A model generated the notes under the pieces. It did no database searches, was not told the origin of the DNA, and saw nothing but the letters and a program-made list of their open reading frames with translations. This document shows positions 37,375 to 47,343 of a stretch of DNA of 64,000 bases, in pieces. Source of the stretch: Leptospira biflexa (lineage in GTDB: Bacteria > Spirochaetota > Leptospiria > Turneriellales > DYLW01); NCBI GenBank assembly GCA_020721865.1, contig DYLW01000001.1, forward strand, positions 13,563-77,562, in the 5' to 3' direction. How positions within the stretch are numbered: the stretch's first letter is position 1; every line of letters starts with the position of its first letter. Both the position numbers and the translations under genes were made by a program.

Positions 37375-39246
37375 ATGAAAAATCTCATCCAGAAAATCCG
37401 CATGATTCCGCTTACCATCCGGATTAAACTGATGGTAATTATCAGTATTCTTGTCTTTATCTCCCTGGGGACACTCACGTTTATATCCACCAGCATCTTT
37501 GAAGAAGATATGGAAAACATTATCAAACTGATGAACTCCAGAACATCCACGTTATTATCAGAAAAAATCCTCTCCGATATGGAAGAGCGGAAAAAAAGCG
37601 TTTTCTGGATGGACACCCTCCAGAAATCTCCCGCGTCCGGAAGTCCGGAAATCCGTCAACTGATTCGTAAAGCCTTCCAGGAGTTGCCTTCCACTGTAAT
37701 TCAGTTTTCCTGCCGGTATGCAAACGCAAAATGCACTCTGGGTTATTCCATGGAAAACAAGGAAAAAGTGGATGAGCTGGAAATAAATTCCACCGATTTA
37801 ATCCGCACGGTAATGCAAAAATATCTGTCCCAAAACCTGAATGGCCAGATACTGGTGAAGAATATTTCCCCGGATTATAAAAAACCTCTCATGATCATTG
37901 GCTTTCCTGTGGTTAAAAACAATACGCTGTCCGGGCTTCTGGTATCCGTAGTGGATGTCACCCACTTTTTGTCCATGTTTGATATCCGGAAAGGGCAAAC
38001 CGGCAAGAAAAATATTTACGATTCTTTTATGGTGGATCCACAGGGACAGATTTTAATCCATCCTCTGGAGAGTTATATTCTTTCACGGAAAAGCTTTGAT
38101 TCCCATCCGGCTGTTCGCAAAATGTTTACCTCTCAAACCAGGAATGGTTTAATCCGGTTTGAATATGAAAATGAAGATTTTTTTGGAGCCTATGCCAAAT
38201 TGTCCGGTTATAATCTGGGAGTTATCACCACCATCAAGGCGGACAAAGCTCTGGAGGGAGTGCAGATCGCCGTTATCCGCTCCATTCTGGTCTCCCTCCT
38301 TATCATGGCTTCTGCCATCCTATTTGTGTATTATTTCTCCAAAACCATATCCGAACCCATCCGCAATCTGCTTTCTGCCACCCGGGAAATTGAAAAAGGG
38401 AATTTTACCTACCGGGTAGAAACAGTCACCGCCGATGAAATTGGAGATTTGACGGATTCCTTTAACCACATGTCCCACGGCCTTTTGGAACGGGAACGGC
38501 TAAAAGGGGCCTTTGACCGATTTGTGAACAAAGATATTGCGGATGCCGTTCTGGCGGGAAACCTCCGGCTGGGAGGTGAAAGAAAAAAAGTGACCATTTT
38601 CTTTTCTGACATCCGGTCATTCACCGCCATCTCAGAAAAAATGGAACCGGAACAGGTGGTGGAATTTCTGAATCAGTATATGACCATGATGGTGGGTATC
38701 ATACACCGCCACAACGGAACGGTGGATAAATTTATCGGGGATGCAATTATGGCGGTCTGGGGAGCATCGGAGGATGATGTGAGCAATTGCCTGGATGCCG
38801 CTCTGGAAATGCGCTATGCCCTGATTGATTATAACAAGAACAGAACCAGGAGCCAGCCGGAAATTAAAATTGGGGCAGGGATTAACACCGGTAATGTGCT
38901 GGCCGGACAGATTGGCTCTGAAGACCGTCTGGAATATACCGTCATTGGGGATGCGGTGAACCTGGCATCCCGTATTGAGATGCTAAATAAACCTTTTGGC
39001 ACCGATGTTCTGATTTCAGAAAATACTTATAACGAAGTGAAAGGTAAATTCAAATGCATCTCCATGGAATCCATCACGGTAAAAGGAAAATCCAAACCCC
39101 AGAAGGTATTCTGTGTTCTGGGACGGGAGGGAGACACCAGAACACCGGGAAGTCTGGCCGCATTACGAAAACTGGCCGATATTAAAAAACCGGAAGGAAA
39201 AATTTCCACAGAAGAAGAAAAGAAATATGAAACTGTCAAAAAATGA
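37375..39246 (+). CDS. Class III adenylate cyclase with TM-dCache-TM-HAMP sensor
   Basis: FSDIRSFT, DKFIGDAIMA, GINTG, EYTVIGDAVNLASRIE, VKGK. HAMP DEIGDLTDSFN. Two TM helices. Confidence 0.95.
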   Translation: MKNLIQKIRMIPLTIRIKLMVIISILVFISLGTLTFISTSIFEEDMENIIKLMNSRTSTLLSEKILSDMEERKKSVFWMDTLQKSPASGSPEIRQLIRKAFQELPSTVIQFSCRYANAKCTLGYSMENKEKVDELEINSTDLIRTVMQKYLSQNLNGQILVKNISPDYKKPLMIIGFPVVKNNTLSGLLVSVVDVTHFLSMFDIRKGQTGKKNIYDSFMVDPQGQILIHPLESYILSRKSFDSHPAVRKMFTSQTRNGLIRFEYENEDFFGAYAKLSGYNLGVITTIKADKALEGVQIAVIRSILVSLLIMASAILFVYYFSKTISEPIRNLLSATREIEKGNFTYRVETVTADEIGDLTDSFNHMSHGLLERERLKGAFDRFVNKDIADAVLAGNLRLGGERKKVTIFFSDIRSFTAISEKMEPEQVVEFLNQYMTMMVGIIHRHNGTVDKFIGDAIMAVWGASEDDVSNCLDAALEMRYALIDYNKNRTRSQPEIKIGAGINTGNVLAGQIGSEDRLEYTVIGDAVNLASRIEMLNKPFGTDVLISENTYNEVKGKFKCISMESITVKGKSKPQKVFCVLGREGDTRTPGSLAALRKLADIKKPEGKISTEEEKKYETVKK

Positions 39247-40828
39247 TATTATTTTCACCGGAATCTCGCTGGTAGTCATTTTTACGTTGGTATTTTTGCT
39301 CTATGATAATATCAACTACCGCCAGCGGTCTTCCGCAGACGCCCAAGCCATTGGGACCGTTATCTATAAACACCACCGGGCGAAAAGAAAATTTATGGAC
39401 AGATTTATTTGGGAAAAGGTATCCCTCCTGACCCCGGTTTATCTGTTTGACTCCGTTATGACATTGCAGGAATCTTACACCATCATCCGCCTCTCCAGCG
39501 GAGCCCAGATTGCACTGGATCCGGAGACCCTTGTGGAAATTGATTTCATTGATGATAAAGTGGGTTTTAATCTGGAACGAGGTGGATTCCTGTCCCAGAA
39601 TTCGGGAGCGGAATTAACCATCCGGACGAAAGACAATACAAAAATAATCTTAGACAAGGGAGAATCCCGGATTTCCCAGGGAAACGGAGAAATGATGATT
39701 GCCGTCCAGAAAGGGAAAGCTTCTGTTATGCAGAATAACCAGAAAATCCACACGGTGGACCAAAACGAAATCCTGATGAAAAATAAAGAGGGTGGCTGGT
39801 CATCCCAAAAATTCAGCTATTCGCTGAAATCACCGGAAAATAATGGAGTACACTACCTGCCGGAAGACCAGGGAAAAAAGGAAGTCCGTTTCTCCTGGAC
39901 AGGCAACCCCCGCTATCTGTTAGTTTCTTCCCATCCTTTCATGAAATCCCCCAAAGTCCATTGGGTGAAAAACCAATCACAGATCACCCTGAATCTTCCG
40001 CCCGGAGTCTGGTACTGGAGTACATCTTCAGAAAATTCTTATAAAATTGATCCAAAAATAAAGATTTCCCCCATCGGCTCATTCATCATAAAAAAAGAGA
40101 AAAAAATTGAAGTGTTCCAACCAGCCAACAACACCGTCTTTGTCCAGTCCGGGAAAGGAAAGAAAGTTTCCTTTTCCTGGAAAAATACGGATGATGTGGA
40201 AATCTATCACTTTGTGCTTTCCCGAAATCCGGACTTTTCCAATCCGATATACCAGACGGATACCAGCAATACATCCCTGGTTCTGTCTGATCTTCCCGAA
40301 GGGAGATATTACTGGAGAGCGTCGGAAAAAAAACGGAATTCCCCCGTAGCAAAGGATACCGCATCCAGCTCCAGTCACAGTTATTCTTTTAAAATACGCA
40401 GATCCGAATCAGGGGAAAAAGACGGCCAGATAATCAATGCAAGCCCATTGGAAGCAGAAAAGATGGGAAAAGAAGATAAAACGGAGAAAAACAAGGTGGA
40501 GCTCCTGTATCCACCCAAAGAAAAACCCCTGTTCTCCGCAGAAAGTGTTTCCTTCCGGTGGGTAAAAAATCCCAAAGCGGTTTTGTATTCCGTAACCATA
40601 AAAAATGATCGCGGCAAAACCATACAAAATATTAAAACCAGAAAAAATTACATCCAAGATTACCGTATTCCGCAGCCTTTGAGGGGGAATAAAAAAATAA
40701 CGGTGGTGATTGAAGCAAAAGATAAAACAGGAAAAACCATTTCCACTTCCCACAGACAGTATACCATCCTCACCCTGCAGCCACCGTCAGAAAAAAGTAT
40801 TAGGGTATCTCTGCGGAAACCAAAATGA
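39227..40828 (+). CDS. FecR-domain protein with C-terminal FN3/Ig-like repeats
   Basis: ATG 39227 overlaps the cyclase end. Single TM. IGT...KRK...W.....VY..DSVMT...S...I.L..G..I.L...TLV.I (FecR-like). LPPGVWYW and LPEGRYYWR repeats. Confidence 0.8.
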   Translation: MKLSKNDIIFTGISLVVIFTLVFLLYDNINYRQRSSADAQAIGTVIYKHHRAKRKFMDRFIWEKVSLLTPVYLFDSVMTLQESYTIIRLSSGAQIALDPETLVEIDFIDDKVGFNLERGGFLSQNSGAELTIRTKDNTKIILDKGESRISQGNGEMMIAVQKGKASVMQNNQKIHTVDQNEILMKNKEGGWSSQKFSYSLKSPENNGVHYLPEDQGKKEVRFSWTGNPRYLLVSSHPFMKSPKVHWVKNQSQITLNLPPGVWYWSTSSENSYKIDPKIKISPIGSFIIKKEKKIEVFQPANNTVFVQSGKGKKVSFSWKNTDDVEIYHFVLSRNPDFSNPIYQTDTSNTSLVLSDLPEGRYYWRASEKKRNSPVAKDTASSSSHSYSFKIRRSESGEKDGQIINASPLEAEKMGKEDKTEKNKVELLYPPKEKPLFSAESVSFRWVKNPKAVLYSVTIKNDRGKTIQNIKTRKNYIQDYRIPQPLRGNKKITVVIEAKDKTGKTISTSHRQYTILTLQPPSEKSIRVSLRKPK

Positions 40829-40833
40829 AGCGG

Positions 40834-41817
40834 TTACGGAGAATGGGTATAAGTGGCAGAGTTTCCCAGAGAATCCGTTGCCCGGATAATGACCACTGCC
40901 TCTTTGGATAGCGGAATCGGGATTTTTCCTGGGGCGTAAATTGTTTTGATAACCCGGGCATTCCCATCCCGGATGTCCCCAGTGAGCGAGGAAGAATAAT
41001 CCTCAATATACACCACGATCCCTTCCGCCTGGATCTCCGTACGGATACGCGGAGGCAGGGTATCAACATAAAGAACGGTCTCCGTGAGGGCACCTTTATT
41101 CCCGTATTCATCTATGGAATAATACCGCAGCAGAAATTCCCCTTCCACATTTATAAATAAATTCTGGGAAAGGGTTGGCGTGGACAGCTCTTTGAATGAA
41201 TTTGTGCCTGCCGATTTTTTGGGACAAAAGCAATAATAAATTGTATTTGATTTGGAAATGGAGGATTTTGCTTCCAGCCGGATTACCGTATTGGCCATCA
41301 CCCAGAAGCCGTTCCTATAGGCAAATTTTGGCAGGATGTAAAGATTTGTTTTGGGGAGCATATACTGCCGGTACCGAGGATCAGACACCTTATCCAGCGG
41401 ATTATCTTTTTTATAGACTTCCTCCGGTGGTTTTTTTTTCACCGGTTTCTTTTTTATCTCCGGAGGACGAGGTGGTTCCGGTAATGGTATTGAAGCGGAC
41501 CATTTACTGTATGTCATCCCTTTTTCATTATTGCTCACCGAACGTATTTTTACCAGTTCATAGCCTTCGGTTATGGGTATAACGATAGATTCCTCATTGG
41601 CGATTATAATCAGGGGCTCCTTATCCGGATTCCGGGAATGCACCATGATTTCATAATAGTCCGCATGGGGTACTTTTTCCCATTGGATATAATAGCTGGA
41701 TTTTTCCTGAGCAGTCAAAAAAACCACAGAACAGGAAAAAAGAATTCCCAATAGAAGAAAGCTAAATTTCGCCATTCGGTTTTTAATGTAAACTCTTTTT
41801 TCCATTCGTGGTTTCAC
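40834..41817 (-). CDS. Exported hypothetical protein (FN3-like N-domain, Pro/Lys linker, OmpL47-like Ig domain)
   Basis: Signal peptide, IQWEKVPHADYYEI, PEPPRPPEIKKKP linker, EGEFLLRYYSIDEYGN...YVDTLPP, ATDSLGN. Confidence 0.68.
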   Translation of the reverse strand: MKPRMEKRVYIKNRMAKFSFLLLGILFSCSVVFLTAQEKSSYYIQWEKVPHADYYEIMVHSRNPDKEPLIIIANEESIVIPITEGYELVKIRSVSNNEKGMTYSKWSASIPLPEPPRPPEIKKKPVKKKPPEEVYKKDNPLDKVSDPRYRQYMLPKTNLYILPKFAYRNGFWVMANTVIRLEAKSSISKSNTIYYCFCPKKSAGTNSFKELSTPTLSQNLFINVEGEFLLRYYSIDEYGNKGALTETVLYVDTLPPRIRTEIQAEGIVVYIEDYSSSLTGDIRDGNARVIKTIYAPGKIPIPLSKEAVVIIRATDSLGNSATYTHSP

Positions 41818-41826
41818 TCGTCCTGA

Positions 41827-42747
41827 TTATTCTCCCGGATTGATCCTTTTGGCTCTGACCTCTACGGTGGCACGAGATGTCCGCAAATGTCCGGCGGCCA
41901 CCACCCGGTTCTGTCCCCTCTCGCTTAGTGCATAGACAATAAAAGCATCCACAAGCGGATTATTGGGGCGATACACCAATTTTAACGGACGGGACAGTTT
42001 ATAACTGCCGTCATGGACACTCTTTACGGATGGAGTAATAAACGGTTCCCCTTCCTTTCTGGCATAAGAGACCACGTTGATTTTCATCTTTTTTTCATCC
42101 ATTCCGGCACATACCATACCCATAAAACCAATACCACCCAAATTTATTTGAACCAAATCGGATACATTTTTATTATCCCTGGCAACCAGAGAATAGGATG
42201 CATATTCCAGATTTTTATTCTCTTCAAATACTTTTTCCCCGGCATCCAGCTTTCTCAATATGTGGTTTTTCATAAACAGGGCAGTGCCGGAATTATCATT
42301 TCTGATAATGGGAATCACCTTTAAATCCGGCCCACCAATTTCCCTATAATTTTTTATCTTCCCGGAGAACAATCCGGACAACTGCTCCAGAGTCACCTTA
42401 TCTAAGTTGTTTTTCTGGTGTACCACAATCGCAATCCCGTCATAGGCAATGGGCACATCCTCAAAATCCGGATTAGCCAAGTTTTCCAGTATGGTTCCTT
42501 CTATGTCATTGGACGTCATGGCAATATCCAGTTTCCCTTCCGATAGCAGGGATATCCCCAAACGAGAGCCACCACCACGGACATCCAGTTTCACTCCATT
42601 CTGCATCCTTGCATAGTCATCAGCCAAAATTTCCATTAGCGGCTGCATAGTTGTGGATCCTGCAATCTGTATCTGCTGTGTTTTTCCGCATGCGGAAAAA
42701 AACAATAGAAAGGCCATTCCCAACCCCGCCATTTTTAATTGTCTCAT
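41827..42747 (-). CDS. PstS-family phosphate-binding lipoprotein (orphan)
   Basis: Lipobox FSAC, IAGSTT, GGGS..G, IAYDGIAIVVH, R.DNSGT, Y.LSRPL. Strong RBS. Confidence 0.88.
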   Translation of the reverse strand: MRQLKMAGLGMAFLLFFSACGKTQQIQIAGSTTMQPLMEILADDYARMQNGVKLDVRGGGSRLGISLLSEGKLDIAMTSNDIEGTILENLANPDFEDVPIAYDGIAIVVHQKNNLDKVTLEQLSGLFSGKIKNYREIGGPDLKVIPIIRNDNSGTALFMKNHILRKLDAGEKVFEENKNLEYASYSLVARDNKNVSDLVQINLGGIGFMGMVCAGMDEKKMKINVVSYARKEGEPFITPSVKSVHDGSYKLSRPLKLVYRPNNPLVDAFIVYALSERGQNRVVAAGHLRTSRATVEVRAKRINPGE

Positions 42748-42815
42748 ACTCCCCCCTTTTAGAAATAAATCTTTGATATAATTGAAAACCCGGAATAAGC
42801 GTCAATTTCTATTTA

Positions 42816-43337
42816 TCAGCGGGCCAGTCGCACATCGACCAGTAAATCCCATAATGGTGCGTCCCCATTCTTAATGGCTTCTTTGAGGCGGGGAATGAAG
42901 GAATGGAATCCCGCAGAGATGTAGACAATGTCTTTTTCCGGATTATCCAGAATAATATTGGAGATATAGGGATCTTTGGGATTGTAAAAAATGGCCGATT
43001 GGTCTGAACTCATCTGTAGCCATATCCGATTGAGCAAATCCAGGGCAATTTTTTTTCTCTCTGCACCAATGGAAAAAATCACCCGGCATTTCTGGTCTCC
43101 GGAACGGTCACACTGTGGCTCTTTCAGATCTGCAATCTTTTTGCGGAACTCATTCAATTGATTCCTGCTCAAGGTCTCCGGATAAACAGATCTATAATAT
43201 TCTGCGTTGAAATTAATCCTGTTTTTTGGGGATGCAGGATCCATGAACACATGGACAACACGATCCTCCGCAAATAGGCCCCACCCCATTATCATTAAAA
43301 TCAGAATGATGATAATCCATTTATTCCTTCCATTCAT
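42816..43337 (-). CDS. Exported hypothetical protein
   Basis: 173 aa, signal peptide ending LFA-ED, one Cys pair. Confidence 0.6.
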   Translation of the reverse strand: MNGRNKWIIIILILMIMGWGLFAEDRVVHVFMDPASPKNRINFNAEYYRSVYPETLSRNQLNEFRKKIADLKEPQCDRSGDQKCRVIFSIGAERKKIALDLLNRIWLQMSSDQSAIFYNPKDPYISNIILDNPEKDIVYISAGFHSFIPRLKEAIKNGDAPLWDLLVDVRLAR

Positions 43338-43480
43338 TGTTGTTTATCCGAATTGAGCCTTAAAAACTCAAGCACTTTTCTGGTTTTGCATGCACAACGG
43401 GCAAAACACAACTCCCGTCTTTGGCTTATTTAATCTGCATTTTCCCGGCCATAACTAACCCACGAAGAGACTGCCAACCG

Positions 43481-43515
43481 AAAAAGGGAAAAGATAATTT
43501 CCCATATCTTTTCCC
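43481..43515 (-). terminator. Rho-independent terminator of the large chemoreceptor gene
   Basis: Perfect 11-bp stem GGGAAAAGATA/TATCTTTTCCC with an 8-nt loop, followed on the minus strand by T5. Lies 8 nt after the stop. Confidence 0.8.
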
Positions 43516-43523
43516 ATCAGTTT

Positions 43524-46331
43524 TCACTTATTATGCACTATGTCCTCTACCTCATCCAGCAAGGTTAACACAGAGTCGGAACTGTCTTCAAATACTTTCA
43601 TCATTTCCGGTATTTTTGTTTTGTCATTGGATTCCTGCAAGGCCACAATTTCTTTTATCTTTGTGTGCATAATTTCATGGACATTTTCCAGTTGCTTGAA
43701 CTGGGCAATCCCGGAATACTGATTCCCTTCCCCATACATCCATTTCCCCAGATCACATTCCCGGTGGGAAACAATCTGGCCTTTATCAATGGTGGATTCT
43801 CCCCGTAAAAATCCCCGCAGAGCCAGCCTCCAAGAAATGTGTGCCAGCTTGATGGGCAGAAAATCAAAGGATTCCTTATACAGGCGTTTATCTGTTTTAA
43901 AGAATACTATATCTCCCTGAATATACTCTGATTGACCGGAGACTTCTTCTGCGGTTGCAGCCAGCTCTTCGGATGCGGATGCGGACTGCTGGGTAACGGT
44001 ATCCAGATCCCCCATGGAAGTTTCAATGGTGGACACGCTTTCGCTCTGGAGCTGGCTGGCTGTGGCAATTTCCCGGACAAGCTGGGAGGTTTTCTGGATA
44101 CTGGGTACCAGCATATCCAGAAGATTTCCGGATTCCTCCGCTATCTTCACACTGTTTCCGGCCAGCCCACCAATTTCCTGGGCGGCTTTCTGGGAACGCT
44201 CGGCCAGCTTCCGTACTTCCGTGGCCACCACGGCAAAGCCTTTCCCATGCTCTCCGGCCCGTGCCGCTTCAATGGCCGCATTCAGAGCCAGCAGATTGGT
44301 CTGGTAGGCGATCTCTTCAATGATGGTGATTTTTTCTGCGATTTCCTTCATGGCGGATACGGTTTTATGGACTGCCTTGCCACCCTCGCCCGCTTCCTGG
44401 GCGGCTTTCATGGCCATTTCTTCCGTGATCCGTGAGTTATCCGTATTTAAGCGGATGGCCCCGGAAATATTTTCAAGGGATACCCGTGCATTGTCCACTG
44501 TGGATGACTGTTTGCTCGCTCCCTGGGCAATACTCTGGGCAGTGGAGCTCAATTCCTGGGAAGCACTTACCAGAGACTGGATATTGCGGGAAATATTTTT
44601 CATGATCTCCAGCAGTTTTTCCGATGTCTGGTTGGTCGCGTTCTGGATTTCCTCAAATTCCCCATGGTATTTTCCGGTAAATTTTTCCGTGAGATATCCT
44701 TCTGCTATGGCTTTCATTACTTTGGAAATCTTTGCCAGAATATTCTCCATGACATCCAGAAGAGTATTTACTCCCTGCCCCACAGCTTTGGTGAATCCAT
44801 GGGTCCCCTCTAATTCCATCCGTCGCGTTAAATCACCCTGGATAGCTCCAGAAATCACATTTTCAATATTTATCTCCGACTTCTTTTCCATGGTTAAATC
44901 CTTCCATTCCACAGCGGTCCCCAATCGGTTATTATTATCATCCACTACCGGGGTCATGGTCAGATCAAAAATAAATCCTGCCAGATTAATAGTGGTTCCA
45001 TAAGATCCGGTAAAATCTTTGATCAAATGATTCACCTTATCCGGATTTTTGTGGAACATATCAATGCTACGGCCAATCAACGAGTTGGCATCGAAACCGG
45101 GATACACAGTCCGAAGTTTTGCTTCCTTTTGTTTGAAAAAATTCCGGATGGATTTATTCATATATATGATTTTGTTCTCATTATCTGCGATAATAATATT
45201 GCTGGAGACATTATCCAGACCCACCTTGAGGCGGGCATTGGTGCCAACATTCTCTGCAATCTGTTCCTGCATGGATTTAATTCCACCAAAGAGACGCCCG
45301 TATTCATCTTCCGATGTAATGGTTATCTCGTTATCATAATTCCCTGCGGAGATTTTATCAAACAGAAGAATGGCCTTTTGTATATTTCGTGAAATTCCTG
45401 ATGCCACCAGAAATGCGATGAATATGCCCATACCCATAGCTATCGTAACAATAACCACCATGAAAGCAATCGTACTGGAAAGCTTATCCGCATAAAGACT
45501 GCGGTCCGTCATAATGGAAACCACCCCGATGGTCTTCCCCTTATAGTTTTTCAGAGAAGTGGTATACAGGGTGTATGGTTTCTGTTTGTATTCTTTTCTG
45601 GTATACTGGTCTTTTCCACTGAACGCCCGGTTAATGGTGTCCTGGGGAAGAAAGTCTTTATCCTCCAGAGTGGTGGCATAAGGCTTCATCTGGAAATCTT
45701 TCCCCACATCGTCAATCAGGTATAATATTACATCCACCGAATACTTCTTTTTAAAATCCAGAAGGGTGTCCACTTTCAGGGCGGTGCCAAATTCCACGGC
45801 ACCGATATGGACATTGTTAAACTGGACGGGTGCCACCCCCCGGATCCCAAATCCGAATACCCCGGTTTCCATTCCCCGGATGTGTTTTTTTTCCTGGTTG
45901 GCATCCACAATGGTCTTGCGAATATTGAACAGATCATCCCCATACTTTTCCAATTCATGAACCCGCAGAAAAGAAATTGCGGGGGGAAGATGAAACTGAA
46001 ACTGTCGCATATCATATCTTTTTTTCAAGGAAAGAAATGCCGGGTGCATCATCCGGGTGAGTCCATCTCTGTCCCGCCGGGCAAAGCTTTCCTTGACCGC
46101 AGGGATATGGGAGACAAAATCAGAGAGGGCTTCTGCCAGAAATCCCTGGTTGTCCACCATGTTGATAAAATTAAAATAGTAGCTTTTCAACTCCCGTTTT
46201 TCCGCTTCTTCGATGGTATTTCTTAAATTCCTGTAGAAAAAAAAGGACATTAAAACTACCACACCAAAAAAACCCGCTGCCAGCAACCCGGCAATCTTGA
46301 ACTTGATACTTTTTTTCATATTCCCCACCAT
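43524..46331 (-). CDS. Methyl-accepting chemotaxis protein: dCache-HAMP-PAS(Aer2-like)-HAMP-MCP signal-CZB
   Basis: Two TMs around QFHLPPA.SFLR.H..KYGDDL. PAS NIIIAD...IIYMN...IDMFHKNP...[34 protein letters not shown]-terminal H..W, C.LGKW, H...H. Start is 46331 or 46319. Confidence 0.95.
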   Translation of the reverse strand: MVGNMKKSIKFKIAGLLAAGFFGVVVLMSFFFYRNLRNTIEEAEKRELKSYYFNFINMVDNQGFLAEALSDFVSHIPAVKESFARRDRDGLTRMMHPAFLSLKKRYDMRQFQFHLPPAISFLRVHELEKYGDDLFNIRKTIVDANQEKKHIRGMETGVFGFGIRGVAPVQFNNVHIGAVEFGTALKVDTLLDFKKKYSVDVILYLIDDVGKDFQMKPYATTLEDKDFLPQDTINRAFSGKDQYTRKEYKQKPYTLYTTSLKNYKGKTIGVVSIMTDRSLYADKLSSTIAFMVVIVTIAMGMGIFIAFLVASGISRNIQKAILLFDKISAGNYDNEITITSEDEYGRLFGGIKSMQEQIAENVGTNARLKVGLDNVSSNIIIADNENKIIYMNKSIRNFFKQKEAKLRTVYPGFDANSLIGRSIDMFHKNPDKVNHLIKDFTGSYGTTINLAGFIFDLTMTPVVDDNNNRLGTAVEWKDLTMEKKSEINIENVISGAIQGDLTRRMELEGTHGFTKAVGQGVNTLLDVMENILAKISKVMKAIAEGYLTEKFTGKYHGEFEEIQNATNQTSEKLLEIMKNISRNIQSLVSASQELSSTAQSIAQGASKQSSTVDNARVSLENISGAIRLNTDNSRITEEMAMKAAQEAGEGGKAVHKTVSAMKEIAEKITIIEEIAYQTNLLALNAAIEAARAGEHGKGFAVVATEVRKLAERSQKAAQEIGGLAGNSVKIAEESGNLLDMLVPSIQKTSQLVREIATASQLQSESVSTIETSMGDLDTVTQQSASASEELAATAEEVSGQSEYIQGDIVFFKTDKRLYKESFDFLPIKLAHISWRLALRGFLRGESTIDKGQIVSHRECDLGKWMYGEGNQYSGIAQFKQLENVHEIMHTKIKEIVALQESNDKTKIPEMMKVFEDSSDSVLTLLDEVEDIVHNK

Positions 46332-46407
46332 TCCATATTTTGAATCAGTCTAATTATTTAACCGACCATACGGCAAGATATTTTTTTCCCGGGGGAAAAA
46401 AAGGTGG

Positions 46408-47343
46408 ATGCAATATCCATGGTTACTGCAAAAGACAATGCTCATTTCCCGCTGTAAAAAAATATTTTATCTGGTTACTGTTCTTCTGCTGTGCCAGGCT
46501 CAGGCGGTAATTGCCTCATCGTATTTTTCCATGGCCGATGGGGGGGAAACCCCGGAAAATCAGATGAAATTCACGGATGGGAAGATTTCCGCTATGGTGG
46601 GGGAAAGTCTTTCGCTCTGGGAGAACCATTGGGCGGGGGTTTTTCTTCTGCCCGCCATTGAAATCGGCAATTTCCAGACGGGCCAGAGTTCCCCCCACCA
46701 GATGTGGCGGGGAAAAGCTGGCCTTTCCGCTCAATGGGATATCCCTATGAAAAGCCTTCCCTATCTGGAAACCGGCTTTGCCCATGAATCTGACCATGTC
46801 TCTGATGAAGAATCCTATAAGAAAAAATACTTTGTATCGGAAGGTAAATATCTGGACAACCGCAGCCTGCGGAGCTTTGAATATTTTTTTCTGGGCATCC
46901 CCCTCCGGCTTTATCCGGGACAAAAGTGGAAGACAGAGAGCATGGCCATCCTGCGAATTTTTACTCCGCCCGTGAATTCCCACGCTCCCTTTGCCCAGAA
47001 AGCAGGGTTTGCCTTTTCCGGATCATTGTCCTATTCCCCTGGAATCGATTTTTCTTTTTTTCTGAAACTATTGGCGGATAAAACCATCGGCGATTATACC
47101 CCATACATGGACTCGTATAAACCGGAGCTGGAACGAAACAATTTTTCCCGCTATGGCGTCCGGCTGGGTATGGACATTCGTTTGGCGAAGGTTATGGTTT
47201 CCCCCTCTTTGGGCTATTTTCACGGAACCGGCTATGGCATGGATTTTATGGAGAGGGTTTCCGGAGCGGTGTTCCAGATATCCGTGAACCGCATCCTTAC
47301 AGACGAAAGGAATCCAGATACTCCCCCAGATTTTCCAGAGTGA
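46408..47343 (+). CDS. Hypothetical protein, probable outer-membrane beta-barrel with HESDH motif
   Basis: Signal peptide, alternating strands, GFAHESDH, YFHG.GYG. Confidence 0.58.
   Translation: MQYPWLLQKTMLISRCKKIFYLVTVLLLCQAQAVIASSYFSMADGGETPENQMKFTDGKISAMVGESLSLWENHWAGVFLLPAIEIGNFQTGQSSPHQMWRGKAGLSAQWDIPMKSLPYLETGFAHESDHVSDEESYKKKYFVSEGKYLDNRSLRSFEYFFLGIPLRLYPGQKWKTESMAILRIFTPPVNSHAPFAQKAGFAFSGSLSYSPGIDFSFFLKLLADKTIGDYTPYMDSYKPELERNNFSRYGVRLGMDIRLAKVMVSPSLGYFHGTGYGMDFMERVSGAVFQISVNRILTDERNPDTPPDFPE

Noticed and set aside
43338..43480. c-di-GMP or other riboswitch in the intergenic region
   Set aside because: Only short hairpins and a GGCAAA on the non-coding strand; the conserved riboswitch elements are not present.
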